Positions 25,191 through 32,000 of a stretch of DNA of 32,000 bases are shown here, in pieces. Positions within the stretch are counted from its first letter, which is position 1, and each line of letters opens with the position of its first letter. The position numbers were made by a program, and so were the translations under genes. The notes under the pieces are model-generated. The model saw only the letters and a list, made by a program, of their open reading frames with translations, made no database searches and was not told where the DNA came from. This DNA is from Nitrososphaera viennensis EN76 (GTDB taxonomy: Archaea > Thermoproteota > Nitrososphaeria > Nitrososphaerales > Nitrososphaeraceae): the NCBI RefSeq assembly GCF_000698785.1, contig NZ_CP007536.1, positions 1,650,001 through 1,682,000 on the forward strand, read 5' to 3'.

Positions 25191-26277
25191 TTATGCTTCC
25201 GTAAACAGCGATTTCTCTACATCAGACATGTCGTGGTATTCCTTGTCCGGCAACATGCCTATCATGTCCACTATGGCTTTCGGGTCATCAAGCCCGGACT
25301 CCATAATATGCCTCTGCGCATACTCTTTTAGCTCGTCCTTTCTCTTTGGAAAATCCACGCCGGCAAGAGCCTTTGATAACGCTGCCGCAGACGGCGCTCT
25401 TGATGCAGCCGCGCGCCCTCCTGCCTTTCCTCCTTTCCTTCCGGGTGCTTCTTTACCTGACAACTGCTTGGCTTCCTCTTCCGCGGGCATCTCCTCCCTG
25501 CCTGGAAACTCTCCTTTTAGCAGCGGCTTTAATGGGACTTGCTCTTTTCTCATCTTCAGTTCCCTGAACAGCTCGGCGGTGTTGACCGTCTCTTTTTCCT
25601 CGTTGAGGTCAATGCCCAGCTCCTCTTCGACATCCCTTTTCCTTGCGCCAATAAGCAATACCTGCGTGTTTTCGTAATTCAGCAGGTCCGGCTCTTCTAC
25701 GTTTATCCACCGCCTGTCCCCGAACTTTTCTTTTATGTGCGAGGAATACTCTGGCTTTCTTTCCTCAAAGGCCTTGAAGCCGGGCACCTGTATGTCCGGA
25801 TTCTTGACTGAAATGATGTAGCTTGCCTCTTTTTTTATTTCAAACTCTTTCTGCGTCGGACCCGGCACCTGAGGCAATTCCAGGACATACGCAAGCTCGG
25901 TATGGTTGCCGTGCTTGACTATGGAGTACTTGCCTTCGCCGGCAGGCGTTGCAGGCCCCACGCTCCTCTTGCCCCTTGTTTCCGTCTCGTACTGCACCGG
26001 AAGCAGCTCTTTTCGTATGTCTTCAGCATTTGAGGTGGTAAGCACGTTGAGCGCCCAGTTTCTTTCTTGCGACGTAGACTTGCCTTCAACGATTTCGGGC
26101 AGTTGCTTCTGGCCCAGAACAAAGAGCCTCTGCTTTTCTCCTTCCTCTGGCGTGGTGACCATGTAGAATTTCTGTGCATCCTTTATGTCTTGTACTTCTT
26201 CCTTGCCGACCTTTGGCCTGTAAAAAAAAGAATATGTCGCCTTGCTCTATAATCTGAGGTCGTTCTTTCTCGGCCAT
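25191..26277 (-). pseudogene. conserved protein (N-terminal domain of unknown function + Lys/Gly/Ala linker + DUF2795-like C-terminus) interrupted by a +1 frameshift in a T8 run
   Basis: ORF 26086..26277 gives MAEKERPQIIEQGDIFFF, then nonsense. Shifting +1 at the homopolymer (plus-strand A8, 26222-26229) gives ...GDIFFFYRPKVGKEEVQDIKDAQKFYMVTTPEEGEKQRLFVLG..., which continues into ORF 25191..26162. The C-terminal LSKALAGVDFPKRKDELKEYAQRH...LPDKEYHDMSDVEKSL is DUF2795-like. Confidence 0.8.
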
Positions 26278-26626
26278 TCTGAAAGCTGGTAAAAATAAAA
26301 TAAATGAGTATCTGTGCCGTCTGACTCGTGATTCCTGACTAGAAAACAGGTTGTTAATCCATAATTAATTTAATAATTATGTGAGAAAATCGCTCCCTTC
26401 GAGCGTCCAATGCAACAAAAACGGTGCATAAATCGTTGCACAGGCGCGAAAGTTAAAGCTAGCCCTGAAAATGTACAGGCACTAAACTTTTGCTTCAGGA
26501 CTCATCAAGTATCACTAACAAATTTTCTGACTTTATTATTTGTTATATGGTATATCTATCCCCCTACCACGTCACTGCTTCTGGCAGTTTTAGGTGTGCT
26601 GCTGCAAAGGAAGAGGTAGATGATTA

Positions 26627-27979
26627 GTGGCTCAGGCATTTGTACGGAGGAAGAGCCGCTTGCGTGTCAAAGGTCTAAGGGTAAAGGATAGAGAGAAGAT
26701 CAAGGAAGCTATAGCGATCAGTGTCCAAAATGGCAACCATACCACGAGAGAAATAGGTGTTGACATTGGTAAGGATCACAGCACTGTCTCACGCTATCTG
26801 GCAGAAATGGATAAGGAGGGAAAGTGGGGAATCAAGCGTGACGCCAATGGCAATATCATAATCTCGTTACGGGAACATCTAACAGGCGAATACCGGCGAT
26901 TAGAAAGCGAACCGTTTAACCAGCTGCCATCTATCCAGAAATGGATAACGTATCTGAAGTCAGGCTGCATCCCGCCAAGACGTATCCAGTACCTTGTAAA
27001 TGTGGTACACGGCATATCTAACCAGCTAAAATTGATGCCAGAGACTATTGTAAGCTTTGGCATACCACTAGATGCTTCAAGACGCAAGGAAATCGCGATA
27101 GAATACTGGCGGAACTTTCTGGCATGGTTCAATAACGCATACCCCCAAATGCAAAAGACGAACACTATCAACACCTACCGCAGCTTTTTGGCGGCTCACA
27201 ACATCAATTTTGCTCATGGTGAAGGTCGGCGCTATGGGCTGTCAACTACTCCGGAAAGGTTGGGCGAGTACAAGGATATTATGCTGACGCCTGACCAGAT
27301 AGAGAAGATAAACAGACGGCTTGAGAATGAGAGCGACTGGGAAGCTTGGAGCTTTATGAACATTGATCTCCATACAGATGCTAGAGCTTTTGCAATGGCA
27401 TCCATGAGTTGGGACAGGATAGCTTTCTCACCTTTATTCAGAGTCGAGCAGTTTGAGCCGAAGATAAAGCGCGGAGACTGGTACCTGACAAAAGAGGGTA
27501 AGTGGTGGGTCAAGTATCCAACCGAAGAATGCAGGATCATAGTCGAGACTGCACGCGACAGGCTGCCAAAAGAAAGAAGATTCCTTTTCTTTGAGGATGC
27601 CAAGAGCGACAAGGCAAACGCTCTGCAAGATTCTTACTTTATGTCAAGGATGGCTGTCAGGTTTAAGAAGATATTCTTGGAGCTTGACAGAAACAGCTGG
27701 CTTAATGAAAAGACTAGAATATATGCACTAGGAGACGGAGTGTACTTTAACGGGCACCCGTTACACCTGTTCAGACACACAATGGCTCAGTACTATCTTG
27801 CAGCAACAAACTGGTCACTTGCATATGTGGCAAGCTTGGGAGGATGGGAGAATACCGAAGTATTGAACAAGTGCTATGGGGGAATTCCTGAACACATTAA
27901 GGCACAAGTGGCAAAATCTATCCATGTCAGGTTTGATAACCTTGACCTGAACGTCACAGTCAAGTTGGCATCTGTCTAA
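26627..27979 (+). CDS. tyrosine recombinase/integrase with N-terminal HTH
   Basis: 450 aa, GTG start. The C-terminal catalytic region has ...HTDARAF..., HLFRHTMAQYY (H-x-x-R) and ...GGWENTEVLNKCYGG (W/Y nucleophile region). The N-terminal TTREIGVDIGKDHSTVSRYLAEM is HTH-like. Too long and too divergent in the N-terminus for XerA. Confidence 0.8.
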   Translation: MAQAFVRRKSRLRVKGLRVKDREKIKEAIAISVQNGNHTTREIGVDIGKDHSTVSRYLAEMDKEGKWGIKRDANGNIIISLREHLTGEYRRLESEPFNQLPSIQKWITYLKSGCIPPRRIQYLVNVVHGISNQLKLMPETIVSFGIPLDASRRKEIAIEYWRNFLAWFNNAYPQMQKTNTINTYRSFLAAHNINFAHGEGRRYGLSTTPERLGEYKDIMLTPDQIEKINRRLENESDWEAWSFMNIDLHTDARAFAMASMSWDRIAFSPLFRVEQFEPKIKRGDWYLTKEGKWWVKYPTEECRIIVETARDRLPKERRFLFFEDAKSDKANALQDSYFMSRMAVRFKKIFLELDRNSWLNEKTRIYALGDGVYFNGHPLHLFRHTMAQYYLAATNWSLAYVASLGGWENTEVLNKCYGGIPEHIKAQVAKSIHVRFDNLDLNVTVKLASV

Positions 27980-28230
27980 CAGATGGAACAAGCTTATTTA
28001 TAGTTCGAGACCTAATGGGAACAGATAGGCTGTTTGCTTGCCTCATGTTCCCAAAAAACCGGTTTCGATTGACCAACCCTTAAGAGCGTAGAGTTGGGAC
28101 ATCCCCGTCGTTCAGAGATTTCCTGTTCCTGAACTAATTTCAGCCTCCTGGATACCTGTGGCTGACGTTACACATGTCCAGTTGTTATGAATAGCCCCTG
28201 CCTCGATGCCGCAAGTCATAGGCCTGCGTT

Positions 28231-28413
28231 CTAGATCGCTTCTTCTAGCATTTCAAGAATCACCGCGGCAAAAAGAATGCAAAAGATCTTTTTTCCCGAA
28301 AATAAGAGTCTGTTCTTATCAAGCACGTGCGATAAAAAGTTCTGCAGTGCAGGGTAGCCCGACGGCCCTAGTGAGTTCACCAACGGCATTGCTAACCCGG
28401 ATAGAGACGGCAT
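28231..28413 (-). CDS. conserved 60-aa protein of unknown function, family member 2 of 2
   Basis: MPSLSGLAMPLVNSLGPSGYPALQNFLSHVLDKNRLLFSGKKIFCILFAAVILEMLEEAI is collinear with 7619..7801. The antisense ORF 28206..28433 is a shadow. Confidence 0.65.
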   Translation of the reverse strand: MPSLSGLAMPLVNSLGPSGYPALQNFLSHVLDKNRLLFSGKKIFCILFAAVILEMLEEAI

Positions 28414-28448
28414 TTGCCACGTTCACAGCATAGTACAGGCTGTACGGA

Positions 28449-28456
28449 CATATAAC
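28449..28456 (-). promoter_or_regulatory. TATA-box-like element (gttatatg on minus strand) upstream of 28231..28413
   Basis: Same octamer and same spacing (~36-43 nt from the ATG) as at 7576..7583. Confidence 0.4.
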
Positions 28457-28826
28457 CCCCGACGGCGTCATATCATATCAAGGACCGCGTCGATAATTAT
28501 CTGCCGATCAGCACTGCACAGGCATCGCAGTAGTATTCTGCAATAATAACGCCGTCAAAGTCGTAATTGGCTATGTTTCTGGCTGGATCAGAACAGGCAG
28601 AACAGCTGCGGGTTCTTTTCCGCATGTCGATTATGAAAGGCTTTACAGATCGCAGAACTTTCATCGGGTCAGACTCCCGGCTAGAGCAACAAGAAGAGAC
28701 GCCGCGATTATGCCTGCGGCGATCAGCAAGAACTTTGTATTGTTGCTATACATGGACTGTATGCACCTTGTATGCACAAGAACGTACGCGTCCCGGAAAA
28801 TGGGTCGTATTGGCGCGCAAATCCGA

Positions 28827-29174
28827 CTAGTCAGGTGTCCTGACCTTTGCCTCCAAAGCCTCTGCGCCACCCTCACTCTCATCTGGAAGCGGTCTGCTGA
28901 TGCCAATTATTATATCCTGGCAGTACTGCTTTATCTCGCCCGGTGGAACAACGGCCAGTATTTCTTCCAGATAGCTTATCGCAGGGACACCGCTCTTGCT
29001 CAACTCCTCAATGGCCTTCTTCTGCGTCATCGTGTCCTTGCCCCACTTTGCTTCTTCTTTCAGATCCCACAGCCTGTTTCGCGCCCTTTCTTCCTCAATG
29101 TCTTCAGCGGGTGACCCTGTACCTCCAACGCGCCCAGGATTGCCGTGATAATCCTCCTCTGCTCTTTCGGACAT
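28827..29174 (-). CDS. hypothetical 115-aa acidic protein (possible HEAT-like helical repeat)
   Basis: ORF-track ORF. AIEELSKSGVPAISYLEEILAVVPPGEIKQY resembles a HEAT/PBS-lyase-type repeat, but the match is weak. Confidence 0.5.
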   Translation of the reverse strand: MSERAEEDYHGNPGRVGGTGSPAEDIEEERARNRLWDLKEEAKWGKDTMTQKKAIEELSKSGVPAISYLEEILAVVPPGEIKQYCQDIIIGISRPLPDESEGGAEALEAKVRTPD

Positions 29175-29324
29175 GCCCTACAAGGTGATACATGATATTT
29201 ACCCTTATCTAATTTGCAGATTATCATTCAAGCACACATTCTGCAACATATATGCCCTCCATGAGGGTGCCATCTTGAAATCGCATCTGATCTGCTACTC
29301 GCAACTCAGCATGAATACCAAAGC

Positions 29325-29330
29325 ATTTAA
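29325..29330 (+). promoter_or_regulatory. TATA-like element (atttaa) ~25 nt upstream of the thermosome ATG
   Basis: aagcatttaactcgg. The spacing implies a very short or absent 5' leader. A similar 'gcatttaacc' lies upstream of 8119..8298. Confidence 0.3.
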
Positions 29331-29352
29331 CTCGGAATAGCAGCATAACATC

Positions 29353-30987
29353 ATGTCATTACAACAAGCCAGTGCCGGTGGAACACCAATTCTAATTTTG
29401 CGGACTGGTTCTAGGCAAAGCCGGGGCAGAGAGGCTCAACAGAACAATTTTTCCGCGATAAGACTGATCGCCGAAATGGTACGTAGCTCCTTGGGTCCTA
29501 GAGGTATGGACAAAATGCTGGTAGATTCACTGGGAGACGTCACCATAACGAATGATGGCGCAACCATCCTGAAGGAGATGGACATCGAGCACCCGGCCGC
29601 CAAGATGATGGTTGAGATAAGCAAGGCCACCGACAACGAAGTGGGAGACGGCACGACTTCGGTCGTCGTTCTGGCAGGCGCTTTGATAGAAAAAGCTGAG
29701 GAGCTGATAGAGAAGGGAGTGCACCCGACAGTAATAGTGGACGGGTACAGAAAAAGCGCCGACAAGGCGATACAAGTACTTGGCAGCATCGCTCATGACG
29801 TCCGTGGCAACGAAAAACGCGAGCTGATCCGTGTCGCCAAGACCTCGATGCAAACGAAACTCGTCTCTAGAGAATCCGGCCTGCTGGCAGAGATTGTCGT
29901 AAGAGCTGCGATGCAAGTCTCGGAAAAGACCGACTCTGGCTACAGAGCAGACATCGACGACGTAAGAGTAGAAAAAAAGACCGGTGGCTCTATTCGTGAC
30001 ACTAGTCTCATCGAGGGCATTATACTCAATAAGGAAGTGGTACACGGAGGGATGCCAAAGTGCGTGGAAGGCGCCCGGATCGCCCTGATATCTGCCGCCC
30101 TTGAGATTGAAAAGACCGAGTTTGAAGCCAAGATAAACATCAGTTCTCCAGACCAAATGCAAAAGTTTCTTGATGAAGAGACCTACATGCTCAAGTCGAT
30201 GGTCGACAAAATAGTGCAAAGCGGGGCAAACGTCTTGGTGTGCCAAAAAGGCATAGACGATACAGCCCAGCACTACTTGGCCAAAGCAGGAATACTGGCA
30301 GTAAGGCGCGCAACAGAAAGCGACATGACCCGGCTTTCCAAGGCCACGGGTGCAAGGTCGGTAACCAATCTTGACGACCTTGCGCCAAAAGATCTGGGTT
30401 TTGCGAAACTGGTGAGCGAGCGGAAGATAGAGACTGACAAGCTGGTCTTTATTGAAGGATGCAAGAACCCGCTGGCAGTTACCATATTTGTGCGCGGAGG
30501 CTCGCAGAGAGTGGTCGATGAGGCAGAGCGCTCGGTTCACGATGCACTAATGGTTTCCAAAGACGTTCTTGAAAAACCGGCCATAGTTGCTGGCGGCGGG
30601 GCTCCAGAAGCGTATATGGCAGGCAAGATCAGGGAATGGGCGGGCACCCTTTCTGGACGGGAACAGCTCGCTGCAGAAAAATACGCAGAGGCTTTGGAGG
30701 TCATCCCTCTCTCATTGGCCGAAAACGCAGGAATGAATGTGATAGACACGCTTGCGGAACTACGCGCAAAACAAAGCAGGGGTTCGCATTCTATAGGCGT
30801 CGACGCGAGGAGCGGCAGGGTTGTCGACATGTCCAAACTCGACGTGGTCGAGCCTCTTACAGTTAAGGAGCAGATAATCAAGTCCGCCACGGAAGCCGCG
30901 TCGATGATCCTGAGGATAGACGACGTTATCGCCTCAAGCAGGTCCGGAGGCGCTCCGGCCATGCCGCAGGGCGGCATGGGTATGTAG
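29353..30987 (+). CDS. ths: thermosome subunit (group II chaperonin)
   Basis: GPRGMDKML, ITNDGATIL, VGDGTTS and VAGGGAPE motifs, with a C-terminal GGMGM tail. Confidence 0.95.
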   Translation: MSLQQASAGGTPILILRTGSRQSRGREAQQNNFSAIRLIAEMVRSSLGPRGMDKMLVDSLGDVTITNDGATILKEMDIEHPAAKMMVEISKATDNEVGDGTTSVVVLAGALIEKAEELIEKGVHPTVIVDGYRKSADKAIQVLGSIAHDVRGNEKRELIRVAKTSMQTKLVSRESGLLAEIVVRAAMQVSEKTDSGYRADIDDVRVEKKTGGSIRDTSLIEGIILNKEVVHGGMPKCVEGARIALISAALEIEKTEFEAKINISSPDQMQKFLDEETYMLKSMVDKIVQSGANVLVCQKGIDDTAQHYLAKAGILAVRRATESDMTRLSKATGARSVTNLDDLAPKDLGFAKLVSERKIETDKLVFIEGCKNPLAVTIFVRGGSQRVVDEAERSVHDALMVSKDVLEKPAIVAGGGAPEAYMAGKIREWAGTLSGREQLAAEKYAEALEVIPLSLAENAGMNVIDTLAELRAKQSRGSHSIGVDARSGRVVDMSKLDVVEPLTVKEQIIKSATEAASMILRIDDVIASSRSGGAPAMPQGGMGM

Positions 30988-31028
30988 GAACGGTTTCTAA
31001 AAACACAAGGTTTGCACCACAGTACTAT

Positions 31029-31373
31029 TCACAAAACTTCTTCAACATAATGCCATGTTATCAGCACCGACTCTTGATGCAGGTCTTCTCTGATTTTTTG
31101 CTTGAAATGCTGCAGATGACGACTGAACGTTCTGTCGTGCGTTGTGATTATCGAAAGCACATAACTATCGGTAATCTCGTCCTTCCCTGACTCTGGACGA
31201 TAATAGCCCGTACCGGTCAGCTTTGTGGCGCCTTGATACTCCGGCCAAATCTGGTCTATGATTCTATCCACTTTATTGGGGTCTATATCTTCGCCATCTT
31301 TCGTTCTTGTAGGTATATAGAAATCGATTTTTATCGCTCTAGTGCGGCCCAACTTGTTCGTGGTGTAGCGCAT
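31029..31373 (-). CDS. hypothetical 114-aa protein
   Basis: ORF-track ORF with protein-like composition. No domain recognised. Confidence 0.5.
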   Translation of the reverse strand: MRYTTNKLGRTRAIKIDFYIPTRTKDGEDIDPNKVDRIIDQIWPEYQGATKLTGTGYYRPESGKDEITDSYVLSIITTHDRTFSRHLQHFKQKIREDLHQESVLITWHYVEEVL

Positions 31374-31487
31374 GCCGGCCTATAACTTTGCGTTATGAAC
31401 GATCCTGTGATTCTATCATTTACTGGCAGGACTGCCCCCACATTCCGACCATGGTACTTTTTAGCATGCCAAATGCATAGTCAACCA

Positions 31488-31934
31488 ATGGGGACAACCA
31501 ACTTTGGAAACATCTTGGTAGCGGTCGATGGTTCCGACCAATCAATGAGGGCGGTCGATGTTGCCATATCTCTGGCAGCAAAATATGATTCTGTATTAAC
31601 AGCCCTCTACGTCATCTACATACCGTTTGGGGAAAGACTCTATCCGCGCGCGGTCTGGTACGAGGAGTTCATCAAGGAAATACACAAGGAGGCCAGCGAA
31701 TGGCTTTCGGAAATTCAAAAGAGGGGAAAGGAAAATGGAGTAGTGATTGAATCGAAAATGAGCGAGACTACTGAATCAGTTGCTGCAGAAATAGTAAGAT
31801 ATGCCAAAGAGAATGAAACCAAACTTGTTGTAGTGGGCTCTAGGGGCAAGTCAGACCTGGAAAAACTATTCTTGGGTAGCGTTGCAGCAGGCGTATTGGC
31901 CTATGCCACGTGCCCTGTATTGGTTGTGAGATGA
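31488..31934 (+). CDS. universal stress protein (UspA family); ORF-track ORF starts at 31395
   Basis: ILVAVDGSDQSMRAVDVAISLA...LVVVGSRGKSDLEKLFLGSVAAGVLAYATCPVLVVR. The internal Met at 31488 gives the canonical length. Confidence 0.8.
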   Translation: MGTTNFGNILVAVDGSDQSMRAVDVAISLAAKYDSVLTALYVIYIPFGERLYPRAVWYEEFIKEIHKEASEWLSEIQKRGKENGVVIESKMSETTESVAAEIVRYAKENETKLVVVGSRGKSDLEKLFLGSVAAGVLAYATCPVLVVR

Positions 31935-32000
31935 ATCATTATCTAATTCGGCGCAACTTGTTCATGATTTACGTTGCGATCCAGCACCTGACGCACGGGC

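Noticed and set aside
27995-28020. T-loop-like 'agttcgagacc' after the integrase (possible tRNA-derived att fragment)
   Set aside because: The flanking 5-mers are not complementary, so there is no T-stem, and no matching copy was found on the other side of the integrase.
28206-28433. 75-aa plus-strand ORF
   Set aside because: It is the antisense shadow of the conserved 60-aa family member 28231..28413. Its sequence is Ser/Arg/Ala-rich and not conserved with the corresponding strand at 7619..7801.
28661-28906. 81-aa minus-strand ORF, including a 30-aa sub-ORF MYSNNTKFLLIAAGIIAASLLVALAGSLTR
   Set aside because: The long form overlaps the better 115-aa gene and looks Arg-rich. The 30-aa single-TM peptide is plausible, but nothing I can see supports it.
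29527-30540. 337-aa minus-strand ORF
   Set aside because: It is antisense to the unmistakable thermosome gene and is a typical long shadow ORF in a GC-rich gene. The other internal ORFs (29436..29789, 30537..30977, etc.) are rejected for the same reason.

Overview
This is an archaeal chromosomal segment. The core genes are TFB, aIF-1A, HflX, a CDC48/VCP AAA+ ATPase, a thermosome subunit, an ABC-2 exporter pair and UspA. The protein set and composition suggest an ammonia-oxidising Nitrososphaerota (Thaumarchaeota, Nitrososphaera-like) genome, but that is an inference, not a search result. I found no rRNA, tRNA or CRISPR array by eye. Between the core genes lie many short, lower-GC genes, and several are under the 60-aa ORF-track cutoff. 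Hand translation recovered the following: (1) a three-member family of ~59-aa Cys-knuckle mini-proteins; (2) a two-member family of 60-aa proteins that share a promoter-like upstream block, with one copy next to a tyrosine integrase; (3) two inverted TRASH/L24e-like C-x2-C...C-x3-C mini-genes bracketing an HTH-fused class III nucleotide cyclase, one of which has an in-frame TGA exactly where the paralog has its first Cys; (4) a conserved gene with a DUF2795-like C-terminus that is split by a +1 frameshift inside an A8/T8 homopolymer; (5) a secreted protein with four perfect and one degenerate 24-bp tandem repeats that encode N-glycosylation sequons. Other notable genes are an HpnH-like radical-SAM enzyme, a eukaryote-style C2H2 zinc-finger mini-protein, and an 833-aa spermidine-synthase-like domain embedded between two polytopic membrane blocks. 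I cannot identify a single coherent novel multi-gene system with confidence. The strongest candidate is the locus at 8.4-11.6 kb containing the mini-TRASH genes, the HTH-cyclase and the radical-SAM gene. All homology calls are motif recognition by eye, with no database search.
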